The notes below the pieces were generated by a model. It had not been told where the DNA came from and did no database searches. It worked only from the letters and a program-made list of their open reading frames with translations. 64,000 bases of DNA. Source: an uncultured Chloroflexia bacterium (GTDB taxonomy: Bacteria > Chloroflexota > Limnocylindria > Limnocylindrales > CSP1-4). Shown here piece by piece: positions 47,737-57,242 of the stretch. The stretch lies in contig CAVQJC010000011.1 of assembly GCA_963712745.1 (NCBI GenBank), positions 337,241 through 401,240 of the forward strand. Direction: 5' to 3'. Each line of letters opens with the position of its first letter. Within the stretch, counting starts at the first letter, position 1. A program made the position numbers and the translations under genes.

Positions 47737-48873
47737 TCACGCGTGGTCGCGTGCATGCTCCTCTGACTGTGGATGGTGTGGCTCCCGTTCGTCATGGTCG
47801 ATGTGGACCACCTGCCCGGTCTCTCCGGACCGGTACAGGGCTTCGACGAGGCGCAACGTGCGCAGATTGTCGCGAGCCCCGGCCTCGGGCTCGCCGCCAT
47901 CCTCGATCGCTCGCAGCAGCGAGCCCACCGGACCCAGGAATGCGTCGGGGATCCAGCGGCGCGTGACCGGGTACGGCAGCCAGCCGTCGGTCGGCAGCAC
48001 CCCGCTCCACAGCTCAAGCCGATCAGGCCGGCCGTGCGGATAGTCCGCGAGCAGGCCCAGGTCGCCCCTGATCGAGCCCTCTGAGCCGTCGATGCGGAAA
48101 CGTGCCTCGTTGTCTCCGGCGGGGTTCTCGTGGTTGGAATGGACGACCGCGCGAAGGTCGCCCGGGTACATCAAGATGCTGACCGACCTGGTCTCGCCCA
48201 CCGGCTTCTGGCCGGGCAGCCGCCACTGCGTACCAAACACGGCACTGGGCTCGCCGAGGAAGGCCCGGATGGTGTCGATGTAGTGGATCGAATGGAAGTA
48301 GATCTCCAGCTGAGGCTGCTCGCCCAGCCACCCCCAGCTGCCGAAGTCCGTATCGATGTTGACCTCGAAGGTGATGGTGGTGACCTCGCCGATCCAGCCT
48401 CGCTCGATCATGGCGCGCGCGGCCAGCATGCCTTCCTCGTAGCGCATCTGCTGCTGCACGGCGACCTTGCGACCGAGCCGGTCGGCTCGCTCGACGATTC
48501 GCTCCGCGTCGTCCACATCCAGCGCCAGCGGCTTCTGGCAGATCACGTCCTTGCCGGCCTCGAGCGCCGCCAATGCCACGCCCACCTGAGCTTCGGGCAC
48601 GACGGCGATGTCGACGACCGCGACCTCGGGGTCAGCCAGCAGTTGTTCCAGCGACTCGTGGACACGCGGGATGCCGTGGGCATTGGCGAGTCGTTCGGCG
48701 TGCCCTCGTGTGCGACCCCAGACAGCCGGGACCGGGATGCCGGCCGCCTTGTACGCCGGCAGGTGCCCGACATCGAGGATGGCGCCTGTGCCGACGATCC
48801 CGATTGGGCGCCGGTAACGCTCTGGCAGGGTCAGGTCACAGGCCGCAGCGATCTGCGCCAGCTGGCCGATCAC
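47737..48873 (-). CDS. Gfo/Idh/MocA-family oxidoreductase
   Basis: GIVGTGAI, CQKPLA and HSIHYID. Paralog of 57243-58330. Start uncertain. Confidence 0.88.
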   Translation of the reverse strand: MIGQLAQIAAACDLTLPERYRRPIGIVGTGAILDVGHLPAYKAAGIPVPAVWGRTRGHAERLANAHGIPRVHESLEQLLADPEVAVVDIAVVPEAQVGVALAALEAGKDVICQKPLALDVDDAERIVERADRLGRKVAVQQQMRYEEGMLAARAMIERGWIGEVTTITFEVNIDTDFGSWGWLGEQPQLEIYFHSIHYIDTIRAFLGEPSAVFGTQWRLPGQKPVGETRSVSILMYPGDLRAVVHSNHENPAGDNEARFRIDGSEGSIRGDLGLLADYPHGRPDRLELWSGVLPTDGWLPYPVTRRWIPDAFLGPVGSLLRAIEDGGEPEAGARDNLRTLRLVEALYRSGETGQVVHIDHDEREPHHPQSEEHARDHA

Positions 48874-48986
48874 GTCGCCGTACCTCGCGTGGGCATCTGC
48901 ACCTCCTGGCGTCGGACTCCGAGCGTCATCTCGATCGCCCGGGCGCTCCCGCGGTCGGGAGCGTTGGCCACTCGCCGATGCGGGCA

Positions 48987-49024
48987 TGTATAGCAACCGG
49001 GAGGCGGCAAGTCAACCGGTTGAC
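48987..49024 (-). promoter_or_regulatory. Operator GTCAACCGGTTGAC (49011-49024) over the promoter for oxidoreductase-corrinoid-UroD
   Basis: Perfect palindrome; the minus strand reads TTGACT-17 nt-TATACA. Confidence 0.8.
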
Positions 49025-49043
49025 CTGTCCCGTCGGTCGCATC

Positions 49044-50108
49044 TCAGCGCTGCCCCGGCTGGGTCTTGATGTAGGCGGTCTGCTGGGTCGACTCCGAGCC
49101 CGGAGGGGGCACGCCGACGGTAGCGCCGGGCGAGATTCGGATGTCGTCTTGCAGCGTCTCGTGGATGGGGACGTCCCACGGATTGTCAAGGACCAGCTCC
49201 ACTGCCCGCCGGCCGAGCTCGCGCAGCGGCATCTCCACGCAGGTCATGGCCGGCAGGCGGTACTCCTCCGCCGGCAGCTTGTGGATGGCCACCAACGAGA
49301 CGTCGGCGGGCACCGAGAGACCATGCTGATGCAGCTCGTGCCAGACCCCCAGGCCCTCGTTGGCATCGGCGGCGACGATGGCGGTCGGAGGGAAGGGGGT
49401 CTCCAGCAGATGCCGCACGGCGATCGCGCCACCCTCGGGTGTGTAGTCGGTGCTCACCACCCAGCTCGGATCGAGCCAGAGGTCGGCGGCGGCCATGGCA
49501 TCGCGGAAGCCCTCCTGGCGGCGCTCGGCGGTGTCGACGCCCGCCGGCCCACCGGCCCAGCCGATGCGCGTGTGGCCATGGCTGATGAGGTGCTCGGTCG
49601 CGAGTCGCGCAGCGCGCTCGTCGTCGAGGATGATCCAGCGTTCAGCGCCGCCAGAGCGGCGGTTGACGAGCAGGGTCGGTACGCGCGGATCCTGGAAGAG
49701 TTCCTCCGCGTCGTAGCCGGCCCGCAGCCCCGCCACCAGCGCGCCGTCCACGGCGCCACTACGCAGCATCCGCAGGTAGCGCTCGCTGAGCTCACCCTCG
49801 TGCGACGCCGTCCACAGCAGCAGATTGCGTTCCCCGGCGATCTCCTCGGCGCCTGCGATGATGGGCACGATGAGCGGGTTGCCCGACGGCACGAGCAGAC
49901 CGATTGCACCGGCCCGGGCGCGGGCCAGGCCGCGGGCGTAGAAGTTGGGCCGGTAGTGGAGGCGGGCGGCTGCGTCCTTGACGCGCTGCCTCGTCTCGTC
50001 GCGGACTCGCAGCGACGGATCGCCGCTAAGCACCTTGGAGACCACGGCGCGGTCGACGCCGGCCTCGCGGGCCACGTCCGCGATGGTGGTCCGACCCTGT
50101 TCATTCAC
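49044..50108 (-). CDS. LacI-family transcriptional regulator
   Basis: TTIADVAREAGVDRAVVSKVL HTH, YRPNFYARGL hinge and a periplasmic-binding-type C-terminal domain. Confidence 0.95.
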   Translation of the reverse strand: MNEQGRTTIADVAREAGVDRAVVSKVLSGDPSLRVRDETRQRVKDAAARLHYRPNFYARGLARARAGAIGLLVPSGNPLIVPIIAGAEEIAGERNLLLWTASHEGELSERYLRMLRSGAVDGALVAGLRAGYDAEELFQDPRVPTLLVNRRSGGAERWIILDDERAARLATEHLISHGHTRIGWAGGPAGVDTAERRQEGFRDAMAAADLWLDPSWVVSTDYTPEGGAIAVRHLLETPFPPTAIVAADANEGLGVWHELHQHGLSVPADVSLVAIHKLPAEEYRLPAMTCVEMPLRELGRRAVELVLDNPWDVPIHETLQDDIRISPGATVGVPPPGSESTQQTAYIKTQPGQR

Positions 50109-50188
50109 CGATGCATCCCGCCTTTCATCTGCCGGGGCGTACGGGATGGCTCGCAGCCGGACACAGCATGCGCCGGTGGCTTCTTCTG

Positions 50189-50227
50189 GTCAACCGGTTG
50201 ACGTTGGCGTCCGCGGCGGGCTACCGT
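50189..50227 (+). promoter_or_regulatory. Operator GTCAACCGGTTGAC (50189-50202) over the promoter in the lacI/isomerase divergent region
   Basis: Perfect palindrome followed by TTGACG-18 nt-TACCGT. Confidence 0.82.
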
Positions 50228-50286
50228 CTGTGGCCAGCGACGGTCACCGGCACCAGACGGCCTGGCACTGCGAGGAGGAGCGTGAC

Positions 50287-51144
50287 ATGCGTTTCGGGGT
50301 ACTCGGCGTCATCTGGAGCGACTGGACCGACGTCACCTACGAGACGGCGGCGTTCGCGCGTGAGCTCGGCTTCAGCGGCATCGGTGCGCACCTGACCGTG
50401 CCTGCCTCGACCATCAGCGACGAGCTCGCGGAGAGGGTCCGCTCGTCGGTCGAGGGCAACGGTCTCGACTTCATCCAGGTCTGGGGACCGTACCCGACGA
50501 TCATCAGTGACGACGAGGATGTTCGACGCGCCGGTGTGGCGGGAGCACAGGATGTCGCACGCCTGGCCGCCCGACTGGGTGTACCCGCGTCGGGTGTCCG
50601 GCCGACGAGCCACAACCCTCGTGGCGACTGGTGGCCGCATCCGGAGAACCACACCGGGGCCAGCGAGGACCGGCTCGTGAGCAGCATCTCGGAGATACTT
50701 GACGTCGCCGTGCCGGCCGGGGTCAGGCTCGTGCTCGAGGCCCATGCGACCTCGACGCTCGATTCAGCCGAGCGCGTGCGGCGGGTCATCGAACGTACCG
50801 ATCCTGCCCACGTCACCGTCAACATCGATCCGGTCAACTTCGTGCGCGACCTGCCGACCGCCTACGACTCGACGACCATGGTCAACGAGTACTTCGACAT
50901 CTGCGGCGAGTTCTGCGGAACCGTCCAGGTCAAGGACTACTACCTGGAGGATCGTTTCGTCGTTCACATCGCAGAGACCATCCCCGGCACCGGCATGCTC
51001 GACATCGACACCGTCCTGCGTCGCACCGAGGCCTTGAGTCCCGACATGTACGCGGTCATCGAGCACCTTCCGGTCAACCAGATCGGACTGGCCAAGAAGC
51101 ACCTCACCGCGCGCGCCGCGGCACTCGGACTCGAGGTGCACTAA
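50287..51144 (+). CDS. Sugar phosphate isomerase/epimerase (xylose isomerase-like TIM barrel)
   Basis: LVLEAH, NIDPVN, QVKD, PGTG and IEH metal-site pattern. SD GAGGAG. Confidence 0.85.
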   Translation: MRFGVLGVIWSDWTDVTYETAAFARELGFSGIGAHLTVPASTISDELAERVRSSVEGNGLDFIQVWGPYPTIISDDEDVRRAGVAGAQDVARLAARLGVPASGVRPTSHNPRGDWWPHPENHTGASEDRLVSSISEILDVAVPAGVRLVLEAHATSTLDSAERVRRVIERTDPAHVTVNIDPVNFVRDLPTAYDSTTMVNEYFDICGEFCGTVQVKDYYLEDRFVVHIAETIPGTGMLDIDTVLRRTEALSPDMYAVIEHLPVNQIGLAKKHLTARAAALGLEVH

Positions 51145-51147
51145 GTC

Positions 51148-52521
51148 ATGACCGATCTATCCCACACCGACTCCATCCGCTTGCGGGTGCTGGCCGAGCA
51201 GTACCTGTGGATGCCCTACTCGCCGCCCGGCGCCCAGGGGTCTGTCCGTGACGAGATCCGCGTCATGACCCACGGTCGCGGAGTGCTCACCTGGGACGCC
51301 GAGGGCAGGGAGTACCTCGACGGCACGTCTGCGCTGGAGGCCCTGATCCTGGGGCACGCCGACGAGGAGATCGTGAAGGCCATCGCGCAGCAGGCGCGCA
51401 CGATGTCCTTCGTCGACGTCTTCCGCTTCGTGACTCCGCCACAGGTAGAGCTGGCCGCGGAGCTGGTGGCCGCTTCGCCGGGCATGGCTATGGCGCACTT
51501 CACACCGGGCGGGGCGGAGGCAGATGAAGTCGCCATCAAGATGGCTCGCCAGTACCATGCGCTCCGGGGCGAGCCGTACCGCATGAAGGTCATAACCCGC
51601 CAAGGCGCGTTCCACGGCGTGACCGCCGGGGCCATGGCTCTCGACGGGCAGTACTTCGCCTCGCGCAACGTCGTCTACGACGGCGGCCTCAGCTGGGGTC
51701 GGACGGTGCCGGCTGGTGCCTGCCCCCGCTGCGACTTCGGCAAGGCCAGCCGGCACCTGGCCTGCGTGCACTCCATCGAGGCCACCATCCGCGCGGAGGG
51801 ACCAGAGACCGTGGCCGCGGTGGTGGTCGATCCGTGCGCCACCGCCATCGCGGTGTCGGTGCCGCCGGTGGGCTACCTGCGCGACCTGCGCAAGGTCTGC
51901 GACCGCTACGGCGCACTGCTGGTGGTCGACGAGGTCATCACCGGCATGGGCCGCACGGGCAAGCTGTTCGCGACCGAATGGGATGGCATCGTGCCCGACT
52001 TCATCACCCTCTCCAAGGCCCTCAGCTCCGGCTACGTGCCCATCGGTGCGGCGCTCGTCTCACCGAGGGTGCGCGATGCCTTCATCGAGCACGATGGCGT
52101 CTTCCTGCACGGCCATACGTACGCCGGCCACCCGATCGCCGCCGCAGCCGCCCTGGCCGTCCTGCGCCGGGTGATCCGCGACGACCTCGTCGAGCGTTCG
52201 GCTCGGCTCGGTGCACGACTGCTCGATGGCGTCCGCTCGCTCAGTCACCATCGCTTCTACTGGGACGCTCGCGGAAAGGGCTTGCTGGTGGGACTGGAGA
52301 TCGTCCGCGACAACGGTGCTGGCGAAGACTTCCTCGACCCGCTCGCGGCCGGCAACGCCCTGCGCATCGCGGCCCGTGAGCGTGGCTTGACCACGCTCCT
52401 GCTGCATCCAGGAAACGTGCTCTTCGTGGCGCCCGCGGTCGTGGCCAGCGTGGACCAGATCGATCGTATGGTGGCCATCCTGGACGACGCGCTGGCAGAC
52501 GTGGAGGCACAGCTTGCCTGA
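51148..52521 (+). CDS. Class III PLP-dependent aminotransferase
   Basis: GREYLDG, AFHG, DEVITGMGRTG, SKAL and HGHTYAGHP. Confidence 0.92.
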   Translation: MTDLSHTDSIRLRVLAEQYLWMPYSPPGAQGSVRDEIRVMTHGRGVLTWDAEGREYLDGTSALEALILGHADEEIVKAIAQQARTMSFVDVFRFVTPPQVELAAELVAASPGMAMAHFTPGGAEADEVAIKMARQYHALRGEPYRMKVITRQGAFHGVTAGAMALDGQYFASRNVVYDGGLSWGRTVPAGACPRCDFGKASRHLACVHSIEATIRAEGPETVAAVVVDPCATAIAVSVPPVGYLRDLRKVCDRYGALLVVDEVITGMGRTGKLFATEWDGIVPDFITLSKALSSGYVPIGAALVSPRVRDAFIEHDGVFLHGHTYAGHPIAAAAALAVLRRVIRDDLVERSARLGARLLDGVRSLSHHRFYWDARGKGLLVGLEIVRDNGAGEDFLDPLAAGNALRIAARERGLTTLLLHPGNVLFVAPAVVASVDQIDRMVAILDDALADVEAQLA

Positions 52522-52558
52522 GCCACGGACGAGGCCTGCCGGCCCGGGGCGTAGGATG

Positions 52559-52597
52559 GTCAACCGCTTGACTCGACGGCTGCGGAGCGACTACCGT
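52559..52597 (+). promoter_or_regulatory. Operator GTCAACCGCTTGAC (52559-52572, one mismatch) over the promoter of the lactonase-mutarotase-ABC operon
   Basis: Near-palindrome followed by TTGACT-18 nt-TACCGT. Confidence 0.78.
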
Positions 52598-52648
52598 GGC
52601 GGGACGCTGCATGGGAGCGTGTCATGAAGGGCTCGAAAGGGGTCTCAC

Positions 52649-53500
52649 GTGATCGTTGACAGCCACCAGCACTTGTGGGATCTCGGTGAGGTCGAGTACC
52701 CCTGGTTGGTGCCCGAATACGGGCCGATCTATCGCTCCTTCACGCCCGACGAGCTTGAGCCGCAGCTTGCCGCTGCCGGCATCGATCGCACCGTGCTGGT
52801 GCAAGCGGCCAACTCCTATGCCGACACGGACTCCATGTTGCGCCACGCAGAGGCATACGAGTGGATCGGTGCGGTCGTGGGTTGGGTCCCGCTCGAGGAT
52901 GCGCACGAAGCGGCGCGCGTCCTCGATGAACGTTACCTGCGGAGCCCGTGGTTCAAGGGCGTGCGCCACCTCAACCACGAAGAGGCTGACCCTGACTGGC
53001 TTGTGCGCCCGGCCGTCATCGACGGGCTCAAGGTGCTGCAGGAGCGCGGCGTGCCGTATGACGTCGTCGCGGTCTTCCCGCTGCATCTGGGGCATGTGCC
53101 GGCACTGGCCCAGGCCTGCCCGAAGCTGCCCATGGTCATCGACCATCTGGCCAAGCCGCCCATCGCTAGTGGTGACTACGACGCCTGGAAAGCGGACCTG
53201 CGCGCGGCCGCGGAGTATCCCAACGTCCACGCCAAGCTCTCGGGCCTCAACACGGCCGCCGATTGGGAGACCTGGACCGGGGCCGACCTGGTGGAGTCGA
53301 TCGGCTACGCGCTCGAGGTCTTCGGCGCCGAGCGCCTGATGTTCGGCAGCGACTGGCCAGTGGCCGTCCTCGCCGGCGACTACGCCGAGGTCTGGGCCGA
53401 GACCAACCGCGCGCTCGACGAGCTGGGCGTGCAGGCGAGCGACCGCGCTGCCATCCTCGGTGGGACGGCGGCCGGGTTCTACTCGGTGGAGGCGGCGTGA
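52649..53500 (+). CDS. Amidohydrolase-2 family sugar lactonase (L-fuconolactonase-like)
   Basis: DSHQHLW, VLVQA, GVRH, IDHLAKP, KLSG and MFGSDWPV. Confidence 0.88.
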   Translation: MIVDSHQHLWDLGEVEYPWLVPEYGPIYRSFTPDELEPQLAAAGIDRTVLVQAANSYADTDSMLRHAEAYEWIGAVVGWVPLEDAHEAARVLDERYLRSPWFKGVRHLNHEEADPDWLVRPAVIDGLKVLQERGVPYDVVAVFPLHLGHVPALAQACPKLPMVIDHLAKPPIASGDYDAWKADLRAAAEYPNVHAKLSGLNTAADWETWTGADLVESIGYALEVFGAERLMFGSDWPVAVLAGDYAEVWAETNRALDELGVQASDRAAILGGTAAGFYSVEAA

Positions 53501-53823
53501 TGAAGCGGTACGGACAGCTGATCGGGCTGAAGCCCGAGCACTACGACGAGTACGTCAAGGCCCATGCGGACGTCTGGCCAGGAGTGCTGGCCAAGATCTC
53601 CGAGTGCAACATCCGCAACTATTCGATCTTCCACCGCATGGGCCAGCTCTTCGCCTACTTCGAGTATGTCGGTGACGACTTCGACGCCGACATGCAGCGG
53701 ATGGCCGATGACCCCGAGACCCAGCGCTGGTGGGACTGGATGATGCCCATGCAGGAACCCCTCGCCGATCGTGACGAAGGGGAGTGGTGGAGTGACATGG
53801 AGGAGGTATTCCATACGGATTGA
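53500..53823 (+). CDS. L-rhamnose mutarotase-family protein
   Basis: YVKAHADVWP, NYSIF, LFAYFEY, WW and EEVFH. Confidence 0.9.
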   Translation: MKRYGQLIGLKPEHYDEYVKAHADVWPGVLAKISECNIRNYSIFHRMGQLFAYFEYVGDDFDADMQRMADDPETQRWWDWMMPMQEPLADRDEGEWWSDMEEVFHTD

Positions 53824-53911
53824 GGCATAGCCAACAGCACCTCGGCTGACGACCACAGGCCCGGCCGAAAGGGACGGCCAGGGCCCCCGGATCCTGTTAG
53901 GAGGAGGACAC

Positions 53912-55285
53912 GTGCGCGACACCATGACCATCAAGGGCGGGCGCCTGGCGATCCCGCTGGCGGCAGCTCTTGCCGCGACCGCGCTGGGCGCGGGCACCGC
54001 GCTGGCCCAGGACGAGCCGGCCTTCGCCGGGCTGGACAAGGACCTGACCGGCGTCAATCTCAAGATGGCGGCCATCGGCGGCATCCAGTACGACGGGATG
54101 TACGCCTGGATCGACAAGTTCGAGGAGGAGACCGGCGCGACCGTCGACATCGTTTTCAAGGGCGACGGCTTCGAGATCGACCAGTATCAGAAGCTCAACT
54201 TCGGCGGCGGCACGGTGGACTTCGACGTCGCCTGGAACCACACCAGCTTCATGTCGCAGTACACGAACTTCATGGAGCCACTCAACGACTACTTCACCGA
54301 GGAGGAGCTCGCGGCCTTCTCGCCGAGCATCGTCGAGGCGGCTACCATCGATGGTGACCTGCAGCTGATCCCGCGCCACGCCGACATCAGCTCGCTCTGG
54401 TATCGCAAGGATCTCTTCGAGGACCCGGACCTGCAAGCCAAGTTCGAGGAGGCCTACGGCTATCCGCTGGCGCCACCCGAGACGCTGGACCAGATGTACG
54501 ACATGTCCCAGTTCCTCGTGGGCGAGGGCGTCGTCTCGTTCGGGACCCAGTTCGCGGGCGAAGAGGAAGCTCTGGCGGGCCGCTTCTACGAACTCCTCTT
54601 CGCCAACGGCGGTGACTACTTCGACGCCGACCTTAACCCCACCTTCGACTCGGAAGCCGGCGTCCTGTCGGCCCAGTGGATGCGGGACCTCTACGCCAAT
54701 GGCCTGATCCCGTCGGATACGACGACACTGCGTTGGGACGGCGTCTTCCAGAACTTCTGCAACGGTGACGTGGCCTTCTACCTCGAGTGGTATGGCTTCT
54801 ACGGCACCGCGCAGGACCCGGAGACCTGCCCCGAGGTAGCCGGCAACTTCGGCATGGCCCGTGGTCCGGAGGGAGCCGGTGGCGTTCACACCGGTTGGGC
54901 CGGCGCCCACGCCTTCTCGGTCACGAAGGCCTCAGAGAACAAGGAAGCCGCTGTGCAGCTCATCAAGTTCCTGACGTCGGAGGCGGTCGAGCTCGACGAG
55001 ACGATGAAGCAGGGCGTCCTGCCGGTTCGCGCCGATGTGTCAGAGCGCGTGATCGCGGCGAACTCCGACACCGGCGTGCCACTTGACGCCGAGCGCTGGG
55101 AACTCGCCAACGTCCAGATCAGCGAGGACTTCCGAACCCCGCCGCTCTTCGCCGACTGGATCAGCTTCACCGACGAGTGGTATCCCACGCTCCAAGGCAT
55201 CATCCTCGGCGACGCGAGCGTCGAGGACGGCCTGGCCAAGGGTGTGGCTGACACGGTCGAGCTACTGGATAGTCTCGGCTACTAG
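53912..55285 (+). CDS. Sugar ABC transporter substrate-binding protein (CUT1)
   Basis: Signal peptide ending ALA-Q, LWYRKDLF and KEAAVQLIKFLTS. Precedes two permeases. Confidence 0.9.
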   Translation: MRDTMTIKGGRLAIPLAAALAATALGAGTALAQDEPAFAGLDKDLTGVNLKMAAIGGIQYDGMYAWIDKFEEETGATVDIVFKGDGFEIDQYQKLNFGGGTVDFDVAWNHTSFMSQYTNFMEPLNDYFTEEELAAFSPSIVEAATIDGDLQLIPRHADISSLWYRKDLFEDPDLQAKFEEAYGYPLAPPETLDQMYDMSQFLVGEGVVSFGTQFAGEEEALAGRFYELLFANGGDYFDADLNPTFDSEAGVLSAQWMRDLYANGLIPSDTTTLRWDGVFQNFCNGDVAFYLEWYGFYGTAQDPETCPEVAGNFGMARGPEGAGGVHTGWAGAHAFSVTKASENKEAAVQLIKFLTSEAVELDETMKQGVLPVRADVSERVIAANSDTGVPLDAERWELANVQISEDFRTPPLFADWISFTDEWYPTLQGIILGDASVEDGLAKGVADTVELLDSLGY

Positions 55286-55296
55286 TCAGCCGAGGG

Positions 55297-55332
55297 CGAA
55301 AGGGGCTGCGCCGCAGGGTGCGGCCCCTTTCG
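55297..55332 (+). terminator. GC-rich stem-loop after the SBP gene (terminator or mRNA-stabilising hairpin)
   Basis: CGAAAGGGGCTGCGCC-GCAG-GGTGCGGCCCCTTTCG, a 16-bp stem with G-U pairs. Confidence 0.7.
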
Positions 55333-55373
55333 GTGCATCAGACCTGCAGAGCGACGCTCGGAGTATCGACAGG

Positions 55374-56336
55374 ATGACGACGGACGCGGCGCGCCTCGCG
55401 AGCCCACCTCAGGGCCCGCCAGGCGACTCGGCCTTGCAGCGACTCAGGAGGCGGAACTGGTTTCCCTACCTGATGGTGCTGCCGGCGCTTCTCATCGTGC
55501 TTGCCGTCGTCGTCTACCCGATGGCCTACTCGCTATACGTGTCCTTCACCCCGTTCCACCTGCTGCGGCCTGACACGACCTCCCAGTTCGTGGCCGAGAA
55601 CATGTTCGACAACTACGCGCGCCTGGCGCGGGACGACGTCTTCTGGCGATCGGTCTGGAACACCGTCCTGTTCATGGTCGTGACCGTGAACGCGTCCATC
55701 GTCATCGGCTTCGGGATGGCCATGATGCTGGCTCGCATGACGTTCGCCCTGGGTCCCGCACGCGTCCTACTCATGATCCCGATGATGTTCGCGCCGGTCC
55801 TCATCGGCTTCCAGTTCTCGTGGTTCTTCAACGCCACGGTCGGCCTGGTCAACAACGCTCTGGGCACCCTCGGGCTCATCACCGAGCCGATCGCCTGGCT
55901 CGTGGAAGAGCCGAACGGGATGTTCTCCATCATGGTGGCGACCATCTGGATGACTGTGCCGGTCGTGACCATCGTGCTGCTGGCTGGACGCCTCTCCCTG
56001 TCTGAGGAGCTCTACGACGCCGCGTCCGTCGACGGGGCTTCGGTCTATCAGCGGATGCGACACATCACCATCCCGCAGATGCGGCCGTTCTTCGTCATCG
56101 TCATGGTGCTTCTGTCCCTGGACATCGCCAGGGCATACGACATCGTCCGCCTGATGACCGACGGCGGACCGGCGCATCGCACCGAGCTCATCTGGACATA
56201 CGTGGGCCAGCTGGCGATTCGGAACTCTCAATTCGGTATGGCGTCGGCGATGTCGATGGCCGGTGTCGTATTGGGCGTTGCCTTCACGTTCATCCTCTTC
56301 CGGCAGATGATGCAGCTACGCAAGGACTTGGGATGA
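55374..56336 (+). CDS. Sugar ABC transporter permease
   Basis: Multiple TM helices; EAA-like ELYDAASVDGAS and MTDGGP. Confidence 0.92.
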   Translation: MTTDAARLASPPQGPPGDSALQRLRRRNWFPYLMVLPALLIVLAVVVYPMAYSLYVSFTPFHLLRPDTTSQFVAENMFDNYARLARDDVFWRSVWNTVLFMVVTVNASIVIGFGMAMMLARMTFALGPARVLLMIPMMFAPVLIGFQFSWFFNATVGLVNNALGTLGLITEPIAWLVEEPNGMFSIMVATIWMTVPVVTIVLLAGRLSLSEELYDAASVDGASVYQRMRHITIPQMRPFFVIVMVLLSLDIARAYDIVRLMTDGGPAHRTELIWTYVGQLAIRNSQFGMASAMSMAGVVLGVAFTFILFRQMMQLRKDLG

Positions 56337-57241
56337 CAACTTCCGCACCGGGGCGCCGTGCGGCCCGCCCCGCCCCGCGCGCGACGGCACGGCGTCGCAT
56401 CCACTGGCGTGACGTCGGGGCGAACTGGCTGGCCCTGACGGTCTTGTTCGTGGCTGCGCTGCCGGCGATCTGGATCATTGTGACGGCCTTCCGACCGAAC
56501 CTCGAGGTGAATGCCTCTCCGCCAATCTGGATCCCGAGGGAGCTCACGCTTGAGGCCTTCGAGTCGCTCTTCGGACTGAACCCGGAGACCATGTCGGGCG
56601 TGCCAGTGATGAGCTATCTCACGAACTCGGTATCGGTGGCGTTCCTCGCGATGGCGCTCTCTGTGCCCATCGGCACGGCTGCGGGCTACGCCTTCTCGCG
56701 CTTCGACTTCGTCGGCAGTCGCATCCTTCTGCTCGTCCTGCTCCTGACCCGCGCGGTTCCCGGCGTCGCCTTGAGCCTGCCGCTCTTCCTGCTCATGCGG
56801 AACCTTGGCCTCGTCAACACCGTCCACGGTCTGGCGTTCGTGTACATGGCCCTGAACATCCCCTTCACGGCCTGGCTCATGGACGGCTTCTTCCGACGCA
56901 TCCCGCGCGAGCTCGATGACGCGGCCTACGTCGACGGCGCCAGCCACTGGCAGACGTTCTGGAAGATCGACCTGCCGCTGGCCTTGCCGGGCCTCGGCGC
57001 CGCCGCGGTCTTCGCGTTCCTGGCCGCCTGGAACGAGTACCAGATTGCCTCCATCCTGACGAAGACCCCTGCATCCAAGACGTTTCCCGTGGGCCTGTCC
57101 GACTTCACCGGCCAATTCTTGGTCGACTGGCGCGGCATGGCGGCGATGTCCGTGCTGATGATGATCCCGGCCATCTTCTTCGTGCTGGCCATGCAGCGGA
57201 GCCTGACCAAGGGCCTGACGTTCGGAGCAGTGAAGGGCTGA
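56333..57241 (+). CDS. Sugar ABC transporter permease
   Basis: IPRELDDAAYVDGAS, AWNEY and GLTFGAVKG. Confidence 0.92.
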   Translation: MTTSAPGRRAARPAPRATARRRIHWRDVGANWLALTVLFVAALPAIWIIVTAFRPNLEVNASPPIWIPRELTLEAFESLFGLNPETMSGVPVMSYLTNSVSVAFLAMALSVPIGTAAGYAFSRFDFVGSRILLLVLLLTRAVPGVALSLPLFLLMRNLGLVNTVHGLAFVYMALNIPFTAWLMDGFFRRIPRELDDAAYVDGASHWQTFWKIDLPLALPGLGAAAVFAFLAAWNEYQIASILTKTPASKTFPVGLSDFTGQFLVDWRGMAAMSVLMMIPAIFFVLAMQRSLTKGLTFGAVKG

Positions 57242-57242
57242 G

